Shown piece by piece: positions 50,991 to 60,405 of a stretch of DNA of 64,000 nucleotides (positions are counted from its first letter, which is position 1; the number at the start of each line of letters is the position of its first letter). A program made the translations under genes and the position numbers. Under the pieces are notes generated by a model. The model was given only the letters and a program-made list of their open reading frames with translations, did not search any database and was not told the origin of the DNA. The stretch is from a virus, in the IMG/VR virus record IMGVR_UViG_3300025326_000018, positions 1 to 64,000 of that record; one strand, given 5' to 3'.

Positions 50991-51067
50991 GCCGAAACCT
51001 AGGGGAAGCGAAAGCTTCCCCGATGGTCGTTGTGAGGTGGGAGCTCACGGCCCGATGAGGCATCCCG
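50991..51067 (+). ncRNA. Type II hammerhead ribozyme, copy 2
   Basis: Same topology with compensatory changes in stems I and III and in the pseudoknot (TGGGA/TCCCG). Confidence 0.8.
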
Positions 51068-51085
51068 ATCAAGTAGGAGTTAGTC

Positions 51086-52186
51086 ATGAACCAGTCCGCT
51101 AAGAAGTCCGTTTCTATCGCCGCAGCTTGGATCTTTGGTACGGTGATTTTCGCCATCGTGCTCGTAGCCGGTGGCCTAAGCTTGTATATTAACGTCGTCG
51201 TCGGTCTGACGATGGGTATCGCTGGTGCGGTGATGTTCGCTATCGGCGACGTCACGAAGATGGTTCTGCCGGTTGCCATGCAGGCGGTGGGCAAGACGGT
51301 GCTGCTGCGCAGCATCTACTGGATGGTCACACTCGTATCTTTCGTCTGCGCCTTCCTAGCCACTGCCGATATGTTCGGTACGCAGTTTGTAACGACGCAC
51401 ACGGCGCAGAAGATCGAAACGGTTGGTGCTGAGAACCTAAAGGACCTCCGCGCTTCTCTCGATGTGGCGCGCGCGATGATGCTCGCTGAGTCGAAGAACA
51501 AAGGTTGTAAGGACAAGTGCACCGCTCTTGTTGCTCGCGTAGACATCCTGGAGAAAGAGATTAAGGTCCAGGTTGTGAAGCAGCAAGCGAACACGACCGC
51601 AGAGATGTCGGGGAAGGCGATTCTCGGCCAGACGATGTTCGAGGTTGCTGGAACCAAAATCGACACGTACACGACGGCGATGATTGTCGTCTTCCAGATG
51701 GTGATGATGGAGATGATCAGCCTAATGTCCGGCTTTGCTGCTGGGATGATTGGCCACGCTATGAAGCTTTCCGCAGATAAGAAAGCGGAGATCATTGCCA
51801 AGAAGGTTGCTGCTGAGAAGAAGATTGCTGCTGCCGCGAAGAAGGTAGAGACGGCAAAGAAGAAAGCGGCTGCGGCCCGGAAGTTGGCAGCGGCAGCGAA
51901 GAAGAAGGCGGCTACCGAAGGTCAGGATGCTGAGGCGGCGAAGAAGCTTGCAGCGGCAGAGAAGATTATCGAAGCCAAGAAGATTGCCCTCGAGAAGAAG
52001 AACCTTGCTGCCGCGAAACGTCGCGCTGTCGCAGCCGCGAAGAAGGCAGCGGCCGAGGCCAAGAAGATTGCCGCCGCAGCGAAGAAGGCAGCCGCTCGCA
52101 AGGTTGCAGCCGAGAAGAAGGCTACGCGCAAGACCAGCCCGAAGGTTGTCCAGCTCGTGCGCAGTCAGGAGAAGATCAGCGCCTAG
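51086..52186 (+). CDS. Multi-TM membrane protein with coiled coil and Ala/Lys-rich (TolA/H1-like) tail
   Basis: About three N-terminal TM helices, one more near residue 205, then AAAKKKAA repeats. Confidence 0.75.
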   Translation: MNQSAKKSVSIAAAWIFGTVIFAIVLVAGGLSLYINVVVGLTMGIAGAVMFAIGDVTKMVLPVAMQAVGKTVLLRSIYWMVTLVSFVCAFLATADMFGTQFVTTHTAQKIETVGAENLKDLRASLDVARAMMLAESKNKGCKDKCTALVARVDILEKEIKVQVVKQQANTTAEMSGKAILGQTMFEVAGTKIDTYTTAMIVVFQMVMMEMISLMSGFAAGMIGHAMKLSADKKAEIIAKKVAAEKKIAAAAKKVETAKKKAAAARKLAAAAKKKAATEGQDAEAAKKLAAAEKIIEAKKIALEKKNLAAAKRRAVAAAKKAAAEAKKIAAAAKKAAARKVAAEKKATRKTSPKVVQLVRSQEKISA

Positions 52187-52190
52187 TAAG

Positions 52191-52222
52191 GTGGCCCAGG
52201 AGACTGGGCCACTATTTTCTTT
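52191..52222 (+). terminator. Intrinsic terminator
   Basis: GTGGCCCAG-GAGA-CTGGGCCAC-TATTTTCTTT. Confidence 0.8.
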
Positions 52223-52298
52223 CATATACAAAAGGGCGCTTGCGTAAGTAGGCGCTTTACCTTACACATAATGCATAGGCAGACGCACACAACAGGAG

Positions 52299-53273
52299 AT
52301 GAAGATGGCAATTCGTGTATACAAATCCTGGGCGAAGGTCCCAGGCAAGACTGCTCAGAAGAAATGGGACAAGCTTGTTGCCGATCACGGCGATCTTGCT
52401 TCTGTTGAGTGCTTCAAGATTATCCTATCCGATCCTGAGTCTTTCAAGTATGGGGACGGTCGGGCATATGCTGTGGACGATCACGAGGTTGGTGTTCTGA
52501 TCGCTGCAAAGTATTTCACGACCGTTCGTAACGTCGGCCGAGGCGTGCCCAAGGACCGTCGTGAATTCAAGACCTTTGCAGAGGCTGTCGCCGATGCGAA
52601 CAACGATCCTCAGGTGTTAGTTTACGGTGTCGTGACTGAGATCAACTCGACCAGCCTGGCTCCGAAGTACTGGGGCTTCTACGCAGTGATTCTAACAGCG
52701 CTGGCTGCGCGTAGTATATAGGAGATTGAAATGCGGTATCCAGGACTACCAGACTCAGTGGCTACAGAGCTGGATCGCAGCGGCCTTGATTGGCACGTGC
52801 GGCAGCGAACCAACCATGACGCTATTGTTGTCGGGGGTGAGATTGTCACCTATTTCGGTAGGAGTCAACCGGGCCCAAGAAATGAACGTAATATGGTTGC
52901 TGCTGTGCGTAGGTTTGTGCAAGGACGCGCTGTTAACAAGTACCGGAAAGTTTCTTAGGGCTCAGACAATTTCTGCATTGCGTTAGTAATCGCTTTACCT
53001 TACACATAATGCATAGGTAGACGAAACACATCACAGGAGACGAAGATGATTCAGGTTACCCCAGCACACGTCAAAGATGTTCTTGATCGTCCGATTGAGA
53101 TCGCATCCAAAGGCAACAAACAGTATCGGTATCTGTTGGTATTCACTGCGCACCGGCTCGCGTTCGAGATTACACGGCGGTCCAATGCCACGGCGAAGAC
53201 AACCCTCGTAGCATCGTATGGGGAGGATGTTCTCCAGAACGCGCTTGATCACTACAACGGCATCACGGTTTAA
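52299..53273 (+). other. Small early genes (52299-52721, 52731-52958 possibly HicA-like fold, 53046-53273)
   Basis: SD motifs and repeated promoters. Confidence 0.6.
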
Positions 53274-53317
53274 TCTACTAGCGGGGGAGAAATCCCCCGC
53301 ACCACCCACACAGGAGA

Positions 53318-54076
53318 ATGAAAATGACCAAGCCGAAAACGAAGATGACGATCCAGGAGAAGATCCGGGCCCTGATCGCGCTGGCCGCTTCCCCAAACGA
53401 GAATGAAGCTGCCGCTGCGATGGACAAGGTGCAGGCGCTGCTCGCGAAGCACAACCTGTCTATCAAGGACGTTACCGACGCGACGTCGGCAGCGAAGTTC
53501 AAGATCACGCAGGGCAAGGTGGGCGACGTGTTCGCGCACAAACGGCAGATCGGTGTCGCAGTTGGGAAGATGTATTTCTGCAAATACTTCTACAGCGTGG
53601 TTCACGTTCAGTCGAAGGGCAAGAATATGTACAAGCGCGAGCGGCATTGCTTCGCCGGTGAGGAGCACAACCTTGATATCGCGAATATGATGTTCGATTA
53701 CATTGTTGCTACGATCGACCGTCTCGCGAAGGAGGCTGCTGACCAGATCGAGGACAAGAAGAAGTATTGGAGCTTCATGACAGCATTCAAGACGGCGGCT
53801 GCGCATCGAGTTGCCGATCGTGTCATGGCGAAGATTCAGGCTGTCACGGCTCCGACGACTTCCGGTGGTAATCTTCCGGCCCTCGCGAGCCTCTACGATC
53901 GGGCCGACTCTGAGATCCGAGCTTTCCTGGAAAGTCAGATGTCTCTGAGCCCGGGGAAGACAAAGAAGCAGATGTACGATGCTGCTGGGCTGCGAGCTGG
54001 TCGAGTCGCTGGCGATTCGATCGGCCTGGACACTCAGATCGGCGGAGGTGGCAACACCAGTAATCTGCTGACGTAG
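53318..54076 (+). CDS. DUF2786-domain protein
   Basis: EKIRALIALAASPNENEAAAAMDKVQALLAKHNLS. Confidence 0.85.
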   Translation: MKMTKPKTKMTIQEKIRALIALAASPNENEAAAAMDKVQALLAKHNLSIKDVTDATSAAKFKITQGKVGDVFAHKRQIGVAVGKMYFCKYFYSVVHVQSKGKNMYKRERHCFAGEEHNLDIANMMFDYIVATIDRLAKEAADQIEDKKKYWSFMTAFKTAAAHRVADRVMAKIQAVTAPTTSGGNLPALASLYDRADSEIRAFLESQMSLSPGKTKKQMYDAAGLRAGRVAGDSIGLDTQIGGGGNTSNLLT

Positions 54077-54130
54077 CCAGTTGTAGCTAAGGTGTGGGGA
54101 GGAGACTTTCCACACCTATTCAGGAGAAGA

Positions 54131-55147
54131 ATGATGGCAGTCAAGAATGCGACAACGAGGAAGAAGATTGCGACCGTGAAGTTTACGGAAGCGGAACTTC
54201 AAGTCCTCGCACAGATCCTCCACAGCCTTGAATACGAAGAAGATGCGAGGAGTACTGGCATAGCTTTTCAAAGTGCCCAAAAGAAAGTTTTTGAAGCTAA
54301 GGGCCTGTTTGGTAAATACACGTAGAAAGGAGAATACAATGAGCCGCTCCAAGCACGATCAGAAGGGCCGTCGTATCAACGGAGAGATTTGGGGTCGCGG
54401 CTGCTACAAGGTTGTCGAGGGTAAGGTGTATCCCGATTGCGGAGGTGAGCCTGTCGGTTCCCCCAAGAGCAAGAAGCATGCGAAGATGAGTGCGGCTCGC
54501 ATGCGGCGCCGGAAGTTCCTCCTGGCGCTTCACCTAGAGCAGCTTTACAGTGATATTGGAGAATGAGAGGCGGGGCTGGTCCCCGCTTTTTTTTTGTTTG
54601 AACTAATTTTTTCCATTGCGTAGGTAGAGTCTATGCCTTACACATAATGCATAGGCAGACGAAGACGACACACAGGAGAAGAAGATGAAGCTCACGGATC
54701 TCGAAACGAAAGCCCTTGCCTCCCTCCGCTCCAACGTCGAAGGCGGAGAAATCAGCCAAGCCGGAAAGATCTGGAAATCGGTTTATATCGACAACGCGTC
54801 AGCAAAAGTTGAAATGCCTCGCCGCACTTGGTCAGGAGTCTTGTCAAGCCTAACCAAGAAAGGTCTTTACCGCCCAGAAGACAACGATCCCAAATCAGCT
54901 TTCGGACTTGTGGTGGTGGGGGAATAACCCCCACCTTTCCCCTTCCTAATCACAGGAGAAGAAGATGACTAGATACACGATTCTAGAGACGCGCACGGCC
55001 ACCGGTGAAGTTACTGACCTCCGTACTACGCTGCCTCGTATTCTCGGCCGCATTGGTAATGATAAGGAGAAGGTGGACGCCATGGCTGTTCGCCTGACCG
55101 GAAGCGGTCCAAGGACGTTTACCTACGAAGTTGTCGAAGCGAAGTAA
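54131..55147 (+). other. Small early genes (54131-54325, 54339-54566, 54685-54927, 54965-55147)
   Basis: Each preceded by an AGGAGA SD. Confidence 0.6.
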
Positions 55148-55198
55148 CACTTGCGCGGGGGAGAAATCCTCCGCCCCTTCCCACCACAGGAGACTACA

Positions 55199-56176
55199 AT
55201 GGCTGATCATGTAGAAACAATGGCGTACGCGGGTGAAACCCCCTGGCACGGCCTCGGCACAGAAATTCCTCCCGGTGTCAGCACCGACGAGATGTTAAAG
55301 CTCTCCGGTCTCGATTGGCTGGTGACCAAGGAGAAGCTTTACCTTGGTGATAATACCGAGGTTCCGAAGATGCGCGCTATTGTGCGCGACACGGACAAGA
55401 AGATCATCTCGATCGTCGGTTCCACCTACAAGGTGACTCAGAATTACGAAGTCCTCGGATTCTTTCACAAGTTCGTGGAAGCGGGGAATATGGAACTCGA
55501 GACGGCCGGCTCACTACATGGTGGCCAGTATGTCTGGTGTCTGGCTCGCGTCAAGCGGGATTTTGTCATCGGCAAGGACGACGAGGTTCGTACGTATCTA
55601 CTCTTCTGCAACCCGCACATCTACGGGTACAGCCGCTCGATCAAATTTACAGGCGTGCGTGTGGTGTGCTGGAACACGTTGAACTTTGCACTCGGAGCCA
55701 ACCTTACGGGGAGGAATACTCGGGGGCTGACTTTCAATATCCCGCACTCGATCGATTTCGATGAGGTCTCTAGGGCTGCTGCGGAGAAGGCCCTCGGGAT
55801 TGCGTTGACGCAGTCTGCGGAGTTTGAGGAGGCGACTAAGTTGTTCGCCAAGACGAAGCTCAAGCAGGAGGCCCTCGATTCATACTTCAACACGATTTTG
55901 AAGTTCGATCCAGAAACTGCCAAGCTGCGGAAAGACGGAACGGTACGTCTACCCAGCATGTTGAATAAGTTCAACGAGGCTCTCGAGTCCGCTCCCGGCC
56001 AGGATTTCAAGTCCTGCAAGGGCACGCTGTGGGGAGCTCTGAACGCCGTCACGTACGTCATCGACCACGACATGGGTCGGACTCGTGATAACGGTCTGAC
56101 TTCGGCTTGGTTCGGCTACACGGGCGATATCAAACGGAAGGCATTCGAGATTGCCCTCGAGTTGGTAAAGCGCTAG
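55199..56176 (+). CDS. DUF932/TIGR03299-family phage/plasmid protein
   Basis: MAYAGETPWHGLG, ETAGSL.GG..VW, RVVCWNTL, GTLWGALNAVT. Confidence 0.9.
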   Translation: MADHVETMAYAGETPWHGLGTEIPPGVSTDEMLKLSGLDWLVTKEKLYLGDNTEVPKMRAIVRDTDKKIISIVGSTYKVTQNYEVLGFFHKFVEAGNMELETAGSLHGGQYVWCLARVKRDFVIGKDDEVRTYLLFCNPHIYGYSRSIKFTGVRVVCWNTLNFALGANLTGRNTRGLTFNIPHSIDFDEVSRAAAEKALGIALTQSAEFEEATKLFAKTKLKQEALDSYFNTILKFDPETAKLRKDGTVRLPSMLNKFNEALESAPGQDFKSCKGTLWGALNAVTYVIDHDMGRTRDNGLTSAWFGYTGDIKRKAFEIALELVKR

Positions 56177-56225
56177 AACAGCACTGCGGGGGCGGCAACG
56201 CCTCCGCTTCTCAACACAGGAGAAG

Positions 56226-56672
56226 ATGATGGACTGGGAAGTTACAGTTAAATTTCCGACACGGCCCTTTCTCGGCAATGTGCTTCAGCTGGCGGAGGCG
56301 ACATCTATAGTTATGCGGGAGGTTCCCAGCGCTCCGAAAGTGCCCGGCACGGATACCTATCTCGATCGGACACCCACCGCCTGTACGTACCAGCCTTACG
56401 GAGACCCTCGCCCGCGCCACTCTGGGTATGTCCACCGTGATCTCAAACCTACGGGATCGATGCCTACGTTCGACAAACCAAAGCCGGACGGCATCGTGAC
56501 TCAAGATGATATCGACGCGGCCGACCTCGAAGGATACTCCGCGTTCCTCGAAGGAGATACTGCGCGCATGTCTGGGCGGCCGTATGAGTTAGGTTCGACT
56601 CTCGATCGAGCTTGGCAGAACGGTTGGGATCGTGCCGAGCACTCCGACGATTCAGACAAAGACGGAGTTTGA
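56226..56672 (+). CDS. Hypothetical protein with C-terminal RMF-like motif
   Basis: EGYSAFLEG...PY...RAWQNGW. Confidence 0.5.
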   Translation: MMDWEVTVKFPTRPFLGNVLQLAEATSIVMREVPSAPKVPGTDTYLDRTPTACTYQPYGDPRPRHSGYVHRDLKPTGSMPTFDKPKPDGIVTQDDIDAADLEGYSAFLEGDTARMSGRPYELGSTLDRAWQNGWDRAEHSDDSDKDGV

Positions 56673-56674
56673 GA

Positions 56675-57322
56675 ATGAAACTCTATCATGGAACAAGTGA
56701 GCGGTACGTGGAGTCGATTCTTCGGAACGGCATTACGCCTCGCGGCAATCGCAAAGGTAATTGGCAGAACACTGTTACCTCGAATAGTCGTGCTGTATAC
56801 CTCACTACAGCGTATCCCATTCACTTCGCTAAGGCGTGCGTGCGGAGGGAAGAACGCCTCGCGCTGCTCGAGGTAGACACAGAACTTTTGTCATTCGATT
56901 TACTCGCTCCCGATGAGGATTTCCTCGAGCAAGCAACTCGAAAAGATCCGAAGTACTCGAACTGCGGAAAGGATATGAAAGAGCGTACTCTATGGTTCCG
57001 CAAGCGAGCCCTTGTCGAGTTCAAGCAGCATGCTCCCGCATCTGTTCAGCATATGGGGACCTGTACGTATTTCGGCCGTATCCCGCCCGCAGCACTAACT
57101 CGTATCGCCTTTGTTCCGCAAGGGCATGAGCTGTACCAGATGAGTGATCCTTCCGTCGGCATCGCCAACTACGGGATCATGGGCGCCTTCTATCGCAACC
57201 TCACCAGGCTGGCGTTTAAGGATGTCAGCGACCTTGAAGACGACGCATATTGGTTGATGAACATGAACGATGAAATACCCGATCTTTCGGAGATCGAAGT
57301 CAAGGACCTGGTGAAGAAGTAG
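56675..57322 (+). CDS. ADP-ribosyltransferase-like protein (H-Y type)
   Basis: KLYHGTS...ILRNGI.P, VYLT...FA, CTYFGRIP. Confidence 0.6.
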   Translation: MKLYHGTSERYVESILRNGITPRGNRKGNWQNTVTSNSRAVYLTTAYPIHFAKACVRREERLALLEVDTELLSFDLLAPDEDFLEQATRKDPKYSNCGKDMKERTLWFRKRALVEFKQHAPASVQHMGTCTYFGRIPPAALTRIAFVPQGHELYQMSDPSVGIANYGIMGAFYRNLTRLAFKDVSDLEDDAYWLMNMNDEIPDLSEIEVKDLVKK

Positions 57323-57323
57323 C

Positions 57324-58343
57324 ATGTTTGATTGGCCAGATTTTTTGGACCGGAACGGGATTGAGTATATCACCACCGGTCCTAACGTTGCTCGGAATAA
57401 TATCAACGTTCATTGTCCCCTTTGTGGTGCGGGGGATCCCTCGCACCACTTAGGCATCTCTCTCGTGGGGCCCTGGTGGGGCTGCTGGCGAGACCATGCG
57501 CATCGCGGCACGAGCGTGGCGCGTCTGGTTCAATTGCTTCTCGGTTGCTCATGGGAGCAAGCCCAGCGTCTTGCCGGCGAGTCCGCGAGTCTACCGGGTG
57601 ATCTCTTAGGGAGCGTGGAAGCGTTGCTGTCGACGTCCGTTCCAGACCCTGCGCCTTTGCGTAGCCTAAAAATGCCTGAAGAATTTCTTCCGTTTTCCAA
57701 TAAACCTGGTGAGCGGTACTACCGATCGTACCTGCTACGGCGTGGGTATTCCAACAAGAAGATCGACTCCCTGACGGCTAAGTACGGGATCCGGTATTGT
57801 AAACATGGTCCATTTCGAGGACGGATCATGTTCCCCATTTTTTATGAAGGAAAGCTTGTTACCTGGACAGGGAGATCTATATTTCAGTCTGACACTTTGC
57901 GCTATAAAACATTGACCGTCGATCCCGATCGTGCTAGTGTGCTCGGGCAAGAATCCGCAGCAGGCAACATTAGTGATTTCCTGTTGTGGTATGATGAAGC
58001 AAGTGCAGGAACCTTCGAGACCTTGGTGATCGTAGAGGGTCCGTTTGATGCGCTAAGGCTGAGAGTGTTAGGAGACCGCCATGCTCTAATCGCAACATGC
58101 TTTTTCACCGCCCAGCCGTCACATCGGCAAATAGGACTACTGTACAGACTGCTACCGAAATACAAGAGAAGATGTTTACTACTGGATGCAGGAACCCTTT
58201 CGAAATCTCTTACGCTGAAGACCGAATTTGACTGGGTTCTTGCATCTGCTGATATTGAGGTCCTACATCTGCCAGAAGGTGTAAAGGATCCGGGAGAACT
58301 GTCTAAAACAGATTTCCTGAAAGTGTTTGCCTTATCTCGATAG
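57324..58343 (+). CDS. DNA primase (zinc finger + TOPRIM)
   Basis: CPLC..GD.SHHL...CWRD, RIMFP, IVEGPFDA, LLD, KDPGE. Confidence 0.85.
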   Translation: MFDWPDFLDRNGIEYITTGPNVARNNINVHCPLCGAGDPSHHLGISLVGPWWGCWRDHAHRGTSVARLVQLLLGCSWEQAQRLAGESASLPGDLLGSVEALLSTSVPDPAPLRSLKMPEEFLPFSNKPGERYYRSYLLRRGYSNKKIDSLTAKYGIRYCKHGPFRGRIMFPIFYEGKLVTWTGRSIFQSDTLRYKTLTVDPDRASVLGQESAAGNISDFLLWYDEASAGTFETLVIVEGPFDALRLRVLGDRHALIATCFFTAQPSHRQIGLLYRLLPKYKRRCLLLDAGTLSKSLTLKTEFDWVLASADIEVLHLPEGVKDPGELSKTDFLKVFALSR

Positions 58344-58438
58344 GCATAACCATGAAGCACATCATGGTTCTCCTGTGGCGGAGCTGGGGGTCCCGTTTAT
58401 CGAGAAACCCCCAAAGTAATAAGTAATGACAACAAGGC

Positions 58439-58939
58439 TTGCGTATGTCAAATATCCCGCCAGACCCGAACCGCGGTCACATCTCCACAAAAACGTATAT
58501 GCATGAAGCAGGACTCTCCTGCTGCTTCCGACAATGGCGGGCCAACTCCCATTGTCGGTATTTGCATGGCTACCCTCTAAAAGTAAAGTTCACGTTCGGC
58601 GCCTCCGAGCTTGACGATAACAACTGGGTAGTTGACTTTGGCAGTCTGAAGCCCCTTAAGGCCTACCTGGAAGACATGTTCGATCACACGTGTCTCGTGG
58701 CTGCGGATGATCCTCAGTTGGCATTCCTACAAGAGGCTGACCGTCGTGGCCTTCTTTGTATTCGGGTACTTCCTGCTGTTGGCTGCGAAGCCGTCTCCGT
58801 GCTGATTCTTGAGCACGCTGAGCAGTGGCTTGTCGACGTTGGCTACAGTCCTCGCTGTTTCCTTATCTCTGTTGAAGTCGCAGAGCACGGCGGCAATTCA
58901 GCGGTTTGCTTCAACAAGAGGCACTTCCAACCGCTATAG
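58439..58939 (+). CDS. queD: 6-carboxytetrahydropterin synthase
   Basis: CFRQWRANSHCRYLHGY, WVVDFG.LK, MFDHT, VGCE. Confidence 0.92.
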   Translation: MRMSNIPPDPNRGHISTKTYMHEAGLSCCFRQWRANSHCRYLHGYPLKVKFTFGASELDDNNWVVDFGSLKPLKAYLEDMFDHTCLVAADDPQLAFLQEADRRGLLCIRVLPAVGCEAVSVLILEHAEQWLVDVGYSPRCFLISVEVAEHGGNSAVCFNKRHFQPL

Positions 58940-59028
58940 TAACGCCCTACTGTAGCGTACCTTCCTTACCTATTGCAAAATATAAAAGTACCCTTAAGCT
59001 AAGCCTCCGTACGGCGTAGGAGGTTTGT

Positions 59029-59634
59029 ATGGTGGTGAAACTGGACGTAGGGGGAACGCGATGGTTGGAAAGGTACGCGTGGAAGAATTATTGGAAGGTT
59101 CGTCATATCTACGATGACGTGAACGACCTGATACAAGACGGGCATATGTGTTGGGGGATCGTTGTAAACAAGTATACAGACGTCGGCGATCTGACACAGG
59201 ATGGACGTCTGATGAGCTTGTTCAAGATGACGTTCGTGAATCATATTCGATGGGTCGCTTCACGGGACAAGGACAAAGAATACAACAAATTAAAAGTTCG
59301 TATGGACGACTTAGTCCATCCTGGAGAGCATGTATCGTTAGAGCAGTGGTACGCCTTTCTTGATCGGGTTTGTCTACGGAACGGTCAGTCAGGTGATTTG
59401 TTCAGTGACTCCAGCGTGCAGCGGACGATAATTGAAGCCTCAGAGCCTATTCGGTCAGTCCTGCAATTCTTGGTATCTGATCATGGAATAGATGTGATGC
59501 GCCGTCCGTTTCGACGCAGACTTGATGGATCGAGGGAGACCGTAAACGCTCGCATTCGTCGATACATAGGTAAGGGGGAGAATCTCGACCTCTTGGGAAT
59601 GACAAAGCAATATCTTCTCGAAGCAACGCACTAG
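59029..59634 (+). CDS. Possible sigma-factor-like protein (region 2-like)
   Basis: DDVNDLIQDG...KY...LFKMTFVNHIR resembles the sigma70 region-2 pattern. Confidence 0.4.
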   Translation: MVVKLDVGGTRWLERYAWKNYWKVRHIYDDVNDLIQDGHMCWGIVVNKYTDVGDLTQDGRLMSLFKMTFVNHIRWVASRDKDKEYNKLKVRMDDLVHPGEHVSLEQWYAFLDRVCLRNGQSGDLFSDSSVQRTIIEASEPIRSVLQFLVSDHGIDVMRRPFRRRLDGSRETVNARIRRYIGKGENLDLLGMTKQYLLEATH

Positions 59635-59643
59635 GAGTCTAGC

Positions 59644-60354
59644 ATGTCGAAAGCAGCAGTTTTATTGAGTGGTGGTATCGACAGCACTACAGTTCTGTAC
59701 ATGGCAGCGAAGGAGCACGGCGCGGCGAACGTACTCGGTTTGTCGCTTACTTATGGTCAGCGCCACCGGAAGGAAATCGAGTACGCGGATCGCAGTTGTG
59801 AGGTGCTCGGCGTGCTTCGGAAAGTCGTCGATATCGGCTCGATCATTCCCTCGACGATGTTGACCGACGAGTCGCGTGAGGTACCCAGTATCTCTTACAA
59901 AGATATTGTCGGCACCTCTCCTACGTATGTTCCGTATCGAAACGGATTGCTGCTTTCGGCGGCGGCATCTATCTTTCACGGCGGTCTCCTGAATGGTGAA
60001 TTCGGAGACGTCAGTTCCGTCGAGGATTCTGGTGAGCACATTCTGTATTACGGTGCTCACGCCGAAGATGCTCAAGGTTGGGCATACCCCGACTGTTCGC
60101 CTGAGTTCAATGGTGCGATGGCGAATGCTATCTACATCGGCACCTACTCTCAGGTGCGGTTGCATACGCCCTTGCAATGGTTGACGAAAGCGGATATCAT
60201 CCGCAAGGGGCAGGAACTGGGTGTGTGGTGGAGCAACACTTGGAGTTGTTATAAAGGAGGTGAAATGCATTGCGGAGAGTGTCCCACGTGTCGGGCACGC
60301 CGCGCAGGATTCGAATTGGCTGGGGTCGCTGATCCTACTCACTACGCCGCTTAG
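59644..60354 (+). CDS. queC: 7-cyano-7-deazaguanine synthase
   Basis: LLSGGIDST, YGQRH..E, YVPYRN, YPDC..EF, TWSCY.G...HCGECPTC..R. Confidence 0.97.
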   Translation: MSKAAVLLSGGIDSTTVLYMAAKEHGAANVLGLSLTYGQRHRKEIEYADRSCEVLGVLRKVVDIGSIIPSTMLTDESREVPSISYKDIVGTSPTYVPYRNGLLLSAAASIFHGGLLNGEFGDVSSVEDSGEHILYYGAHAEDAQGWAYPDCSPEFNGAMANAIYIGTYSQVRLHTPLQWLTKADIIRKGQELGVWWSNTWSCYKGGEMHCGECPTCRARRAGFELAGVADPTHYAA

Positions 60355-60405
60355 GGTTTAAAACTGTTTGTTCTGATTGAACAGCAATAACAAAGGTGAA
60401 GTATT

